From: a virus
Virus record (IMG/VR): IMGVR_UViG_3300007512_002775
Span: 1-64,000 of that record
DNA: 64,000 nucleotides
Reading direction: 5' to 3' (one strand)
Shown here: positions 9,292-19,011 of the stretch, piece after piece
Numbering within the stretch: the first letter of the stretch is position 1
Layout of the letters: each line of letters opens with the position of its first letter
Translations under genes and position numbers: made by a program
The notes under the pieces: generated by a model
Database searches by the model: none
Told to the model about the DNA's origin: nothing
What the model saw: the letters and a program-made list of their open reading frames with translations, nothing else

Positions 9292-9513
9292 TCAGCGCTT
9301 CTTTTCCAAGAACCTCAAGATGTCTTGAGCATGAGCTCCTTGTTCTGCAGCCTCTAACAGTTCCTTGATGATGCCCGAGTGATCGGCAACCCCCTGAGGA
9401 TAATTGAGGTAAAGGTTGATCTTCGCCTCAGCCTCTTTGATCTGTGATCGACAGTGTAGCCTTGCAGCCTCTAAGAATTGTTGTCCGTCAGGAGGGTAGT
9501 CAGATTTAGCCAT
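9292..9513 (-). CDS. hypothetical phage protein
   Basis: helical ORF (INLYLNYPQGVADH); GGAG RBS. Confidence 0.6.
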   Translation of the reverse strand: MAKSDYPPDGQQFLEAARLHCRSQIKEAEAKINLYLNYPQGVADHSGIIKELLEAAEQGAHAQDILRFLEKKR

Positions 9514-9719
9514 ATTGTTCTCCAGGTGCAATCAACCATATCTGGCCAGGCACACTTGTTCAGCAGCTCGCTAGCATTTGTTACATCGAAGGCAGCAAAC
9601 TCGCACGTGCCACAACAAGGGATCCCCTCTGTTAACTGCAAAAATTCCTGGAGCTTGCCCTGCAATAGAGCAGCTCGCACGTCTGTGGTTGTGATATTCT
9701 TACAGAAGCAGACGACCAT
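9471..9719 (-). CDS. BFD-like [2Fe-2S]-binding protein
   Basis: VCFCKNIT...V..A...CCGTC. Confidence 0.65.
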   Translation of the reverse strand: MVVCFCKNITTTDVRAALLQGKLQEFLQLTEGIPCCGTCEFAAFDVTNASELLNKCAWPDMVDCTWRTIWLNLTTLLTDNNS

Positions 9720-9728
9720 TCGAGCGAT

Positions 9729-9986
9729 TCAGTTGACGTCGCCCGGCTTCCAGATTACGCCTTCCAAGACTGAGAGCGTAGGCATCGCCAGGCCCAGGAC
9801 GTATGTCAAGATCAGCTCGTTGCATGCGGCTTGCACTAGCGCATCGGGAGCCGTCTGACGCGAGGCCACCAAGGCCAACAGAGACAGGTCTGGTAAAGGC
9901 CGTTCCGCATTGACGAATTCATCGACGAATCGCGTGGTCTCGTTTGATGTCATGATCGATCCTGAATTGGTCAGATTGAATTCCAC
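9729..9986 (-). CDS. hypothetical protein
   Basis: 85-aa ORF in operon. Confidence 0.45.
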   Translation of the reverse strand: MEFNLTNSGSIMTSNETTRFVDEFVNAERPLPDLSLLALVASRQTAPDALVQAACNELILTYVLGLAMPTLSVLEGVIWKPGDVN

Positions 9987-9987
9987 T

Positions 9988-11385
9988 CTATGCCTTCGCT
10001 GCCGGCTTCATCTTCATCACGAAGTCCCGGTTGTCAGCGTCGAAGAGCAGGTTGGTGCCAGGAACCAGAAGCCATCCTCTCTTGAGCCGGCTGACTCCAG
10101 GCTTTGCAGCCTCGCCGTCCGTGATGATGATGTAACCATCGAAGCGGCTGGCGTTCTTGTTGGCGTGCTCGGTGACGCAGGTGAAGTCCGTGCCTCCGCA
10201 GCGGGTCCGGCCAGCTGCCGGAGTCTTGCCGCGGCGCCACTCGGTCTCGCTCTTCTCGTCGACTGCAGTGTCGAAGTGGAAGGTGGTGAACTCTGCGCGA
10301 CGGGCCAGGTTCCGCAGCTCTCCGAATGCCAGCTCCAACTCGCTGTTCCCCACCGATCCGCTCTGGTCGATGTAGACTGCGATGGAGGAGGAGTAGCCGC
10401 GCTCGGTGCCAGGGTGGATGCCCGTGTACTTTCGATTGAGGCGACGCACGTTGCTGCGTCGATCCGCTCGCCGGCTCAGCCCACAGAACTTGCGCAGCAC
10501 CGACCGCCAGTCGACCTCTTTGCTCACCAGCTCTCGAAGCACCTGTCGAGTGCTGCCGCCAACCGATCCCCATCGACCCGTCCGGTCACACTCTTTGACA
10601 GCGTCTTCGACAGCCTTAGCGATCTTGCCCTTGAGCAGCTCTCGCTCCTCGTCTCCGAGCTCATCCCAGCCGTCGTGAGAGTCCATGTCGCCAGGCAGGC
10701 CAGGCGTTCCGTTGCCGCAAGTGCAGACACCGTCACCGGGCTCTCCGTCGCAATTGCCGTCGCCAGGCTGGCAGTTGCCGTCACACTGGCCAGCGCCGGA
10801 GTTGCCCTCTTGGATGTCCTCGGCAACCTCCGGGTCTTCCATCAGCTTCGTGAAGTACCACTCAGCCGACTCGCCGGGCGGCAGGGAAGCGATCTTAGCC
10901 GACACTCGCTCGTAGCGGGCGACGGCCTCAGCTCCCATCTTCTCGCGATCCTCTTCGGTCAGCTCCTTGAACTCTTTGCCCGGCACCAGGCCGCCCTCAG
11001 GCAGCTCGCTCTCGGGGATGTCCGAGTTGATGGCCAGGTCAGTGGCGTAGTTGTGAATGATGTGTGGAGTCATCCGCCGTGAGGTGGTGTGCTCCAGAGC
11101 GAGGTGCATGGCCTCATGCTTGAGGAGTCCCTTGACCTGCGCAGCCGTCAGGCCGGCGAGGAACCGAGGGTTCCACCACATGTGGACATCGCCGTCCTTG
11201 GCGAGGACGCCGGCAGTCGGGATGGCCTCTGTGCGCTCGTAGTTTACGCCGCGAAGGACCCCTGCGAAGAAGGGCTCTTCCAGCATCATCTTCACCCGAT
11301 GCGGCTCGAGGTCGAAGGCGGCAGCAAGCTGCTCATCGACGTGACCGACCGGGGCGATGTCAGTGCTAGTGGTTTGTTTGTTCAC
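9988..11385 (-). CDS. metallopeptidase-like + VWA domain protein (DUF2201-type)
   Basis: HEAMH..L.H, NYATDLAIN, YIDQSGS MIDAS, GGTDF, IITDG. Confidence 0.85.
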   Translation of the reverse strand: MNKQTTSTDIAPVGHVDEQLAAAFDLEPHRVKMMLEEPFFAGVLRGVNYERTEAIPTAGVLAKDGDVHMWWNPRFLAGLTAAQVKGLLKHEAMHLALEHTTSRRMTPHIIHNYATDLAINSDIPESELPEGGLVPGKEFKELTEEDREKMGAEAVARYERVSAKIASLPPGESAEWYFTKLMEDPEVAEDIQEGNSGAGQCDGNCQPGDGNCDGEPGDGVCTCGNGTPGLPGDMDSHDGWDELGDEERELLKGKIAKAVEDAVKECDRTGRWGSVGGSTRQVLRELVSKEVDWRSVLRKFCGLSRRADRRSNVRRLNRKYTGIHPGTERGYSSSIAVYIDQSGSVGNSELELAFGELRNLARRAEFTTFHFDTAVDEKSETEWRRGKTPAAGRTRCGGTDFTCVTEHANKNASRFDGYIIITDGEAAKPGVSRLKRGWLLVPGTNLLFDADNRDFVMKMKPAAKA

Positions 11386-11406
11386 TCAACTCTCCCTTAC
11401 AACACC

Positions 11407-11434
11407 ATAATACCACAGCTGTGGACCTTTTGCA
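11407..11434 (-). promoter_or_regulatory. early promoter TGCAAA-N16-TATTAT
   Basis: repeated motif upstream of the VWA gene. Confidence 0.6.
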
Positions 11435-11449
11435 CCGGGGCGACGATCT

Positions 11450-11638
11450 TTATCTATTAGCACTCGCCACCAGAAACGGCATCGCGAAAAAATCGAAGAC
11501 CAACCCTAATCCGCCCAACCCGCTTGTGAGCAGATAGAGGATTGCCGAGGCCGGTTTGGCCAGGTAGAAACGATGGACTCCGAACGAACCAAAGAAGAAG
11601 AGGAACCCATAAGCCCACAGAATCGACTTTTTTTCCAC
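11450..11638 (-). CDS. TM2-domain membrane protein
   Basis: KS...AY.....G.FGVHRFYL.....AILYLLT.GLGG.G..FD. Confidence 0.85.
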   Translation of the reverse strand: MEKKSILWAYGFLFFFGSFGVHRFYLAKPASAILYLLTSGLGGLGLVFDFFAMPFLVASANR

Positions 11639-11695
11639 AAGCGCCTCCGTTGCAGCACCATCATACTACGCTTTGACGAGACTTGCACCCAGGAT

Positions 11696-11938
11696 TTATT
11701 TGATCCTCTTTTCACGAGCTGTCGCTTCCAGTTCTTTGAGAAAGGATCTTCTCATATCGTTGAGACGCTTAAACTCTGCACGGCGCCGAGCATCGACTAC
11801 GAGGCCCTTTGGCTTCTTGACTTCTCCGTCGATGAGCATCTCATCGAAGTTGTAGAACTTGATGCGTGAATCTTTAGCCGAAGCTACCGACGAGAAACTC
11901 AGTAGGGACAGGACTAAGATCGCACGAAAAACATTCAC
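11696..11938 (-). CDS. CglF/GltF-like secreted protein (myxobacterial gliding-motility family)
   Basis: signal peptide, then Y.FDEMLIDGEVKKP.G......R.EF..L...R.SF..EL, resembling Myxococcus CglF. Confidence 0.65.
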   Translation of the reverse strand: MNVFRAILVLSLLSFSSVASAKDSRIKFYNFDEMLIDGEVKKPKGLVVDARRRAEFKRLNDMRRSFLKELEATAREKRIK

Positions 11939-11947
11939 GCATATTAA

Positions 11948-12184
11948 TTAGTCCTCTGCCGGCAGAGACGGAGCACATTTTTCACACACTAGACGCAGAA
12001 CGTCACCTGCGCAATCCACGATCCACGTATCTGCGTCACGCACCAAATCAAAACCAGCACTACACTCAGTACATGCAGTCGGCAAACCAGACATTGCATC
12101 GGTTACTTCTTGCAGCTGCTTTTTAGCTTCTTTGACGTGCTCTTTTTCTCGCTTCCTCTTGAGTTTGCGTTCGATACTAGACAC
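11948..12184 (-). CDS. zinc-ribbon hypothetical protein
   Basis: CxxC...CxxC with basic N-terminus. Confidence 0.55.
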   Translation of the reverse strand: MSSIERKLKRKREKEHVKEAKKQLQEVTDAMSGLPTACTECSAGFDLVRDADTWIVDCAGDVLRLVCEKCAPSLPAED

Positions 12185-12551
12185 TCATTTCCTCCCAGTT
12201 TCCTTCGTAATTAGTGTATCGCACAGTGCTAATACCAACATCACGAATGAGCTCCATGCAGTGATGACACGGTTTAGCCATGGCAAACTCATGGGCACGC
12301 TTTAAAAATCGCATGACTTCCAATGTGTCTCCAGGTCGTGCAAACCGTAAAACATTCATCTCAGCATGCATGTGTGCACTGTACGTACCATCCGGATACT
12401 TCCGCTTAAACCTCGGGTGCGTTTTACTAGTGTTTGTTCCCAGCCTGACCACTCTTCCTCTTCTGCGCAGTATGGCAGCTAAGTGATACGTTTGCCCGTT
12501 GTTTAGCGCTCGATCACGCGCTCGGTAATACACTCGACATGTTACCTCCAA
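12177..12551 (-). CDS. cytidine/dCMP deaminase-fold protein
   Basis: HAE...AKPCHHC. Confidence 0.8.
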   Translation of the reverse strand: MEVTCRVYYRARDRALNNGQTYHLAAILRRRGRVVRLGTNTSKTHPRFKRKYPDGTYSAHMHAEMNVLRFARPGDTLEVMRFLKRAHEFAMAKPCHHCMELIRDVGISTVRYTNYEGNWEEMSV

Positions 12552-12567
12552 AAATGCTAATTCAATA

Positions 12568-12927
12568 TTAATCAGCAGAGTCTGATTTTACAAAATTCGG
12601 ATGAGGCTGCAAATGTTGAAAGTCGTGCCCTCGAATGATTGCCACGGTACCATTGACTAGCACACGACGAATTCGTTGGTGCTTAGACAGTTGACGACGA
12701 CGACCGTCGCGCAAACGATAAGGCCTTGGTCGACGAAGCTCTACATCGTCTCCTAAATAAACGATTGAGGCTTCTTGAGATATAAACCCCCACTCCGCCA
12801 TATCAGCAATCACCTTAGAATGGATCATCAGCCTGAAATCTGGATGAGTAGAGTACTTGCGAAGCGTGCCAACCCACGGAGGGACCAGCTGCAACAACAT
12901 ACCCTTTTCTAGTTCTCCTACTTTCAC
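12568..12927 (-). CDS. hypothetical (SH3-like) protein
   Basis: MKVGELEKGML start. Confidence 0.5.
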   Translation of the reverse strand: MKVGELEKGMLLQLVPPWVGTLRKYSTHPDFRLMIHSKVIADMAEWGFISQEASIVYLGDDVELRRPRPYRLRDGRRRQLSKHQRIRRVLVNGTVAIIRGHDFQHLQPHPNFVKSDSAD

Positions 12928-12935
12928 AGAAGAAG

Positions 12936-13187
12936 TTAGGAAATACCAGCACTATCAAACGGGTCTACGAATCGATCAGTTGTAGGCCGTAGAGTCTCAT
13001 GTAGCTCGAAACCGTGGGACCCATCAGCATGATGACCTGGAACTAGAGCAACGAGCTTGCAACCCGGATGCTTCTTCTCAACTTCCAATTTGGCATTGCC
13101 GCGAAGGAGCGGCGCCGAAATATTCATGACTCGAGTGGCAAACGTCTTCGACTCGATCAGGACGGCGGTATAAGGTCGTGCGTGCAT
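12936..13187 (-). CDS. hypothetical protein
   Basis: AAGGAG RBS, 83 aa. Confidence 0.55.
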   Translation of the reverse strand: MHARPYTAVLIESKTFATRVMNISAPLLRGNAKLEVEKKHPGCKLVALVPGHHADGSHGFELHETLRPTTDRFVDPFDSAGIS

Positions 13188-13196
13188 ATCTCTCCT

Positions 13197-13523
13197 TTAG
13201 TTAGCAACCACATCTTCAGTAACTTGTTGTGCAGCATCGCGTACGTCATTGGCGACGCCCAAAATGGCGTACCCACAAATATCTTCCCAGGGGCTCTCTC
13301 CGAAGGCATCCTTCCGATTGGCCAGGCGAAAGAGTTTGTCGATGACTCGCACGATGGCAAGTGCATCACGATACTGATCCGCTTTGATACCGTTTGGGTA
13401 GAGCACCTCGAGGATCTTGCTAGCATGACCGAACGAGTCTCCGTACGCTGCATTCTTCTCAGCAACCAAGCTACCAATACGATTGCCAATCTCCTCGTAT
13501 ACACTCAATGCAGGTTCAGTCAT
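13197..13523 (-). CDS. nucleotide-modification-associated all-alpha NTP pyrophosphatase-like protein (Nmad1/DUF1599-like)
   Basis: KNAAYGDSF...RVIDKLFR....E....DI.GYAIL. Confidence 0.7.
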   Translation of the reverse strand: MTEPALSVYEEIGNRIGSLVAEKNAAYGDSFGHASKILEVLYPNGIKADQYRDALAIVRVIDKLFRLANRKDAFGESPWEDICGYAILGVANDVRDAAQQVTEDVVAN

Positions 13524-13599
13524 ATAGATATTCCTTTCCGTTGATGCAGGTGCCCACACGAGCGGCCAGCGTGCTTTCTCTTGCGCTTGTCACACTGGC

Positions 13600-13628
13600 A
13601 TTATATCACGGATCACCGCCAGTTTACA
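13600..13628 (-). promoter_or_regulatory. early promoter TGTAAA-N17-TATAAT
   Basis: repeated motif with extended -10 TG. Confidence 0.75.
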
Positions 13629-13670
13629 TTCAGTGTGCCCACTTTTTGTATTATGAAATTTAGACGACTG

Positions 13671-14312
13671 TTACCTGAGCAGGTTTTCCATCCACCCTGT
13701 CACCATCGGGCCGCTAGTGCCTTCAGAAAAACTCACGACGACCATTTCTTCATCTAGCAACCACGCAATGGGCAAGGTGACTCCACCGTTGTTTATGGAT
13801 CTGGGCAAAGTGGCCGCGGGATCTGACAGCACTCTGAAAGGGATGCTACCATACGTTTGAAGCATGTAATCTTCAAACGCGGCGAGGGTTGCTCTTCCCG
13901 CAGGCTGACGCGCAGAATCTTCGAACAGAGTATAGTATACTACGCCACCTCGATCCTTCCAGTCTTCAGCTATCATGGCCAAATAGTCAAACTCTACAAT
14001 GCATGCGCCACACCACTCAGTAGCTGACACTACAAGGATCGCTTTGCTGCCGCAGTGACTCTTGATGTTGACGCCTTCCCAATCGGCGTTCGGATAGCGA
14101 GTCGATGGAAAAGTATCCCCGATAGAAAAACCGACAGGATTATCCAGGTTGGGACAAGCTACTGTAACCGGAGTCGATGCGGAGTCTTCTTGCTGGCTGG
14201 CGTCAACAGCTGCTTCGTTATTCGACGTGCTTACAGAGCCTCTTCTTTCTACTCCACACGCTACAAAGGCGGCTGCCAATACAATGCAGCCAAATTTTAC
14301 GATAGTTTTCAT
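13671..14312 (-). CDS. thioredoxin-fold (redoxin) lipoprotein
   Basis: lipobox FVAC, G.SIGDTFP, WCGAC, LP...LLD..M.V. Confidence 0.7.
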   Translation of the reverse strand: MKTIVKFGCIVLAAAFVACGVERRGSVSTSNNEAAVDASQQEDSASTPVTVACPNLDNPVGFSIGDTFPSTRYPNADWEGVNIKSHCGSKAILVVSATEWCGACIVEFDYLAMIAEDWKDRGGVVYYTLFEDSARQPAGRATLAAFEDYMLQTYGSIPFRVLSDPAATLPRSINNGGVTLPIAWLLDEEMVVVSFSEGTSGPMVTGWMENLLR

Positions 14313-15229
14313 CTCTTTTTTACCTCTATGTTAAACTCTTCTTTGGAGGCCCCCCGAAAGACATCTGACACAATCAATCCTCGGCTGCCGATATCGGGGT
14401 GGGTCCAATTCTTTCTGTCAAAAACGTAGTAACTGATATCGGGCTCGATACTATCAGGCAACGTCTTCATGAATGTTTTAGCGCGGCGGTGGGGCGTATC
14501 CCACTTCCTGACCAGTACGTGCAGGTGGGCAGACGAATTCTGGAGGCAGCCCTTCCACGCCCTATCCAGCCAGTGATCGTAGGTTGCATCGAGCCAAACG
14601 ACGTGTTGGGGCTTAAGGCGACAAAGGCTTCCTTCTCGGGCTGCAGAGCTCAGGGCACTGCCTCCAGCTGAGTAGCCGGCAAATACTAACTTCAAGTCCC
14701 ACGGTACACTACCATGGCGCATGAGGCCCCACACGTCCAAATGTTCCACCACGTCCGCCATGAACACTGCGAGAGAATTCTTCTCTCGCCACACTTTGCC
14801 CTGTCGCCCGCGGGGCGTCTTAGTATTGGTCGACCACGGCATCTCGGGAATCACCATTGCCACCGGTCGTTCTTCAGTCGATATTCGTTTGAGCATCGGA
14901 ATGAGACGATTGCGAAAAGTCCTTTCGGAAAAACCGCGAAGTCCATGGAGCCATATGACTAAAGTCAATTGAGCAGGATGGGCGTGTTCGGGAACGACTA
15001 GTATTGTATCACGACGGCCGTTTTTATGCAATCGATCTCGTCCACCGTTGGTTGGTGAAACAAAGATCCACGAAGTCGAAGGGAATTCCGAATCCTTGAT
15101 AGCTCGCTGCCATCGTTCAACAGTTTGGGGATAAACGCCCAAACCAGTGTATACGCTCTTTAGTGGAGGCCCCGCAGCAATCAACAGCGAAGCTGCTAGC
15201 AAAACAGCTATTCGCCTAAGGCCGGTCAT
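14309..15229 (-). CDS. secreted alpha/beta hydrolase
   Basis: signal peptide, WLHG, GYSAGG, LDATY, C-terminal H. Confidence 0.7.
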   Translation of the reverse strand: MTGLRRIAVLLAASLLIAAGPPLKSVYTGLGVYPQTVERWQRAIKDSEFPSTSWIFVSPTNGGRDRLHKNGRRDTILVVPEHAHPAQLTLVIWLHGLRGFSERTFRNRLIPMLKRISTEERPVAMVIPEMPWSTNTKTPRGRQGKVWREKNSLAVFMADVVEHLDVWGLMRHGSVPWDLKLVFAGYSAGGSALSSAAREGSLCRLKPQHVVWLDATYDHWLDRAWKGCLQNSSAHLHVLVRKWDTPHRRAKTFMKTLPDSIEPDISYYVFDRKNWTHPDIGSRGLIVSDVFRGASKEEFNIEVKKR

Positions 15230-15623
15230 CCTTCATGCCTTTGCCGTACCACCTGGCATTTCGACCGCGGACATCATAATGAGTAAACGTCTTGTATAAG
15301 CCCACTCCGCCTTTCTTCATCGCGCCCTCTGCAATCAACGCTTCGATGGCCGCCTTAACCTCCGTCGGCGTCAACCCGGCCACTTTGATATCGGCCGCCT
15401 TAGCGAGCATGTGTTGGCTCCTTCTAGCGCCACCTATCTTGCGATTATAAGCCGGAGATCTATAACCACTGATAACCCGAATCGGTTTCCCTAGCTGTTC
15501 TCGCAGGATCTGTAAATTATCGGCTAACGATTGGGCATTATCTAGGAGCTCGGAGGGCACATCAGACCCATCTCTGCAGCTAAACTCGCTCAAATTAAAA
15601 TTTTTAGTGAGCTGGCCAGGCAT
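15216..15623 (-). CDS. peptidase M15A (Zn D-Ala-D-Ala peptidase; candidate endolysin)
   Basis: LTKNFNLSEF.C, SGYRSP.YN..IGGA..SQH..AKAADI, FTHYDVRG; start re-called. Confidence 0.88.
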   Translation of the reverse strand: MPGQLTKNFNLSEFSCRDGSDVPSELLDNAQSLADNLQILREQLGKPIRVISGYRSPAYNRKIGGARRSQHMLAKAADIKVAGLTPTEVKAAIEALIAEGAMKKGGVGLYKTFTHYDVRGRNARWYGKGMKDDRP

Positions 15624-15627
15624 TCCC

Positions 15628-15951
15628 TCAGCTCTCTCCGGAGGAACCGCCTGAACTACCGGTAGCTGACTCGGTTTCAGAATCTCCATCGCTGGGGGTT
15701 GTTTCGGAGTCTTCCGGGGGCGCACCAGCCACGCGATCGCCCTCTGGACTATGTTGAATAGTAACATGAACCATCGCATCAGGATCACTCCATTTAGTAG
15801 TTTGCCAATTCGTTATGACTATTACTTGTAAGTCTTGAACAGCTTCGCGCAGTTCTTCATTCTTAAATAAAAACTCAGCTATCGCAAGACGAACCTGTTC
15901 TTCTGTTAGCCGCGCCGTAGCTACGACTTGGGGTTGCTGCTCTTCACTCAT
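15628..15951 (-). CDS. hypothetical protein
   Basis: ORF from MSEEQQ. Confidence 0.5.
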   Translation of the reverse strand: MSEEQQPQVVATARLTEEQVRLAIAEFLFKNEELREAVQDLQVIVITNWQTTKWSDPDAMVHVTIQHSPEGDRVAGAPPEDSETTPSDGDSETESATGSSGGSSGES

Positions 15952-15955
15952 CTTC

Positions 15956-16138
15956 TCACCTAATTGATACGTGCGATTTAAGAACATCGTCTAAACTTTT
16001 TACGATCGAAGATAGAGTCCATGCGGCATCCTGAGCTCTCATTTGAGCCATAGGGTTGCCCTTGCCTTCTATTTTTTCGAACTCTTCTCTGGCGAATTCT
16101 CTTAATTGCACTAACATTTTTACTTCTTTATCACTCAT
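15956..16138 (-). CDS. hypothetical protein
   Basis: GGAG RBS, 60 aa. Confidence 0.5.
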   Translation of the reverse strand: MSDKEVKMLVQLREFAREEFEKIEGKGNPMAQMRAQDAAWTLSSIVKSLDDVLKSHVSIR

Positions 16139-16186
16139 TTTTTCTCCCTGTTTCTAATGTAATGATATTACTATCAACATAAACCT

Positions 16187-17440
16187 TTATTTGAACTGAT
16201 CAGCTTCGGTTGATTCTTCCATGGCCAAAGTAGATGCCTGCGCACCAGAAATGCACTGAGCGACGAGGTCAAAATAACCAGTCCCTACTTCTCTCTGATG
16301 CTTGACAGCCGTATAGTCCGATTCATCGGCAAGCTGAAATTCATCTTGCTGCAATTCAGCGTACGCTGACATGTCTCGCGCTTCATAATCCAAAGCTAAT
16401 TCGAACATGCCAAAATTGAGAGCGTGAAAACCGGCCAATGTAATGAATTGAAACTTGTATCCCATTGCACTCAGTTCACGCTGAAACTCAGCGATGGTAG
16501 CATCATCTAAATTCTTCTTCCAATTGAAGCTGGGAGAACAATTGTATGCTAAAAGCTTTCCTGGAAACTCTCCGTGGATGGCTTCGGCAAATCTTTTAGC
16601 TTCGGCCAAGTCTGGTTTAGAAGTCTCGCACCAGAGTAAATCTGCATAATTCGCGTAACGTAAACCTCGCGCGATAGCCATGTCTAGGCCACCAGTAATG
16701 TGATAAAAGCCTTCCGGCGTGCGCTCTTTACTGGTAATAAAGGGCAGATCTTCGTCATCAATGTCTGTTGTCAACAACCTAGCACTATTCGCATCAGTGC
16801 GCGCAATCAAAACAGTGTCGGTGTCCATTACATCAGATGCTAATCTTGCAGCAATCAATTTTCTGATAAATTCTGAGCCTGGCACGAGCACCTTTCCGCC
16901 CAAGTGACCACACTTTTTGGCAGAACTCAATTGATCTTCAAAATGTACACCGGCAGCGCCGGCACGTATCATAGACTTCATCAACTCAAACGCGTTCAAC
17001 GGTCCTCCAAACCCGGCTTCGGCGTCTGCTACGATAGGTGCAAACCAGTCCCTAATAGTCCGGCAATCATTTTCGGCCCATTCAACCTGATCTGAGCGCT
17101 GCAGCGCATTGTTAATTTTTTGTACCAACATTGGGACGCTGTGCACGGCATAAAGACTTTGATCCGGATACATGGCGTGAGAATCATTGGCATCGGCGGC
17201 CACTTGCCATCCAGAGCAATATATGGCGGGTACCCCAGCTTTTACCATTTGCATCGCTTGATTCCCTGTGACTGCTCCCATAGCATGAGTATAATCTTCA
17301 GTCAACAAAAGGCTCCACAGACGATCTGCTGCTGCTTGAGCAAAGGGAGCTTCTTCAGGCTGCGACCCTTGAAGCGCGTGTACTGCGTCAACGGAATAGG
17401 GGCGATCTATTGGAGGGACGGCTAAAGGGAGGCGGCTCAT
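16187..17440 (-). CDS. aceA: isocitrate lyase
   Basis: [48 protein letters not shown]. Confidence 0.97.
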   Translation of the reverse strand: MSRLPLAVPPIDRPYSVDAVHALQGSQPEEAPFAQAAADRLWSLLLTEDYTHAMGAVTGNQAMQMVKAGVPAIYCSGWQVAADANDSHAMYPDQSLYAVHSVPMLVQKINNALQRSDQVEWAENDCRTIRDWFAPIVADAEAGFGGPLNAFELMKSMIRAGAAGVHFEDQLSSAKKCGHLGGKVLVPGSEFIRKLIAARLASDVMDTDTVLIARTDANSARLLTTDIDDEDLPFITSKERTPEGFYHITGGLDMAIARGLRYANYADLLWCETSKPDLAEAKRFAEAIHGEFPGKLLAYNCSPSFNWKKNLDDATIAEFQRELSAMGYKFQFITLAGFHALNFGMFELALDYEARDMSAYAELQQDEFQLADESDYTAVKHQREVGTGYFDLVAQCISGAQASTLAMEESTEADQFK

Positions 17441-19011
17441 TGAATTATAATCCTTTCGTAGGCCGGGAGGGTTAAAAACTCAGGGAGCACTTCGGCCGTA
17501 CAAAGCTCCATGAATAACTCAACTGCTTCTTGCAGTCGTGGAGAATCGTGCTTCTTTAGCACGAGCCCTAATTCCTGCTGTAATCTTCCCGGAGTAATGT
17601 CGTCGCCTTCTGCATCTTGCATCCCGTAACGTATCCATTGCCAAACTTGAGTACGAGAAATTTCAGCAGTCGCGGCGTCCTCCATAAGGTTGTTTAAGGG
17701 AACACAGCCTTGGCCTGCTAACCATGCTGCAAGGTACAATACACCTACTTCAACATTTTGCCTCAGGCCGGCTGCAGTAATGAGACCAATTGGAGGCCGC
17801 GTGAGTGAGACAGTCAGTCGCACTTCCTCAATATTACTCCATCCGTTCCTGAGTGACATTTGGTTGGCCCCCAACATGTGCTTACTAAAAATTTCTTCTG
17901 CCACTGGTACCAACGCTGGGTGAGCGACCCATGTGCCATCGTGGCCGCGCAAAACTTCGTGCAGTTTATCAAGACGCACTTTATTCATCGCAGCTGCATG
18001 ACCGGCGATGTCCCCTTTGATCGGTATTTGCGCAGCCATCCCTCCCATCGCATGACACCCTCTGCGGTGGCATGTATCTACCAATAGCTTCGCGTACGCT
18101 TCCATAAACGGGGTGTCCATTCCAATGAGTGCACGGTCAGGAGTGACACGATCGGATGTGTCGGCAAAACATTTAATGTAACTAAAAATATAATCCCAAC
18201 GGCCGCAATTTAAGCCAGCAGAATGATCTCGTAGGGCCCATAAAATCTCGTGCATTTGGAAGGCCGCCGGAAGGGTCTCGATCAGGACCGTGGCTCGAAT
18301 GGTACCAGTAGGCCATTCGAATGCTTGTTCTGTCCAAGCAAAGATCTTCGCCCACCAAGCGGCTTCTTCCCACCGTTCTAATTTAGGTAAATAAAAAAAC
18401 GGCTTCTTAGAACCAGCAGTAAAAACTTCAGCGTTGTGCCATGCATACAGCCCAAAATCAAACAAGGCAGCCGGAACCGTTTTACCATATAAAGAAAAAT
18501 GAGCTTCTCGTAAATGAAGCCCCCTCGGCCGCACGAACAAGACGGCCGGATCATCTTGTAGCCTGTATGTTCCTTTAGTGGGATGCTCATAAGTGATGTG
18601 GCCTCGTAAAGCATCTTTAAGGTTTAAATGCCCTTCTAATAACGCCTCCCAAGTAGGAGATAAGCTGTCTTCGAAATCTGCCATATAGACTTTTGCGCCC
18701 GAATTAAGGGCATTAATAATCATTTTTCTGTCGGGCGGTCCAGTGATCTCTACTCGACGATCTAGAAGCTCCGAGGGCGGGGGAGCCACTCGCCAATGCC
18801 CTTTGCGAATTTCTAGGGAGTCTGGAAGGTAGCCAACGTTGCAACGGGGATCGGCTTGGCGATCTCTTCTTGCCGCCAAAAGATCATCTAGTTCGGGGCC
18901 AAAGCGTTGTACGAGGCTAGCCAAGAAACCTACAGCATCTTCAGCCAACACCGAACTAGCTAATTCGTGATCCACGTAACTCACGCCATTTAGTCTTTTA
19001 GTTTGAGGCAC
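17437..19011 (-). CDS. aceB: malate synthase A
   Basis: [58 protein letters not shown]. Confidence 0.97.
   Translation of the reverse strand: MPQTKRLNGVSYVDHELASSVLAEDAVGFLASLVQRFGPELDDLLAARRDRQADPRCNVGYLPDSLEIRKGHWRVAPPPSELLDRRVEITGPPDRKMIINALNSGAKVYMADFEDSLSPTWEALLEGHLNLKDALRGHITYEHPTKGTYRLQDDPAVLFVRPRGLHLREAHFSLYGKTVPAALFDFGLYAWHNAEVFTAGSKKPFFYLPKLERWEEAAWWAKIFAWTEQAFEWPTGTIRATVLIETLPAAFQMHEILWALRDHSAGLNCGRWDYIFSYIKCFADTSDRVTPDRALIGMDTPFMEAYAKLLVDTCHRRGCHAMGGMAAQIPIKGDIAGHAAAMNKVRLDKLHEVLRGHDGTWVAHPALVPVAEEIFSKHMLGANQMSLRNGWSNIEEVRLTVSLTRPPIGLITAAGLRQNVEVGVLYLAAWLAGQGCVPLNNLMEDAATAEISRTQVWQWIRYGMQDAEGDDITPGRLQQELGLVLKKHDSPRLQEAVELFMELCTAEVLPEFLTLPAYERIIIQ

Noticed and set aside
9910-11082. 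390-aa plus-strand ORF
   Set aside because: Antisense shadow of the GC-rich VWA gene; no motifs or RBS.
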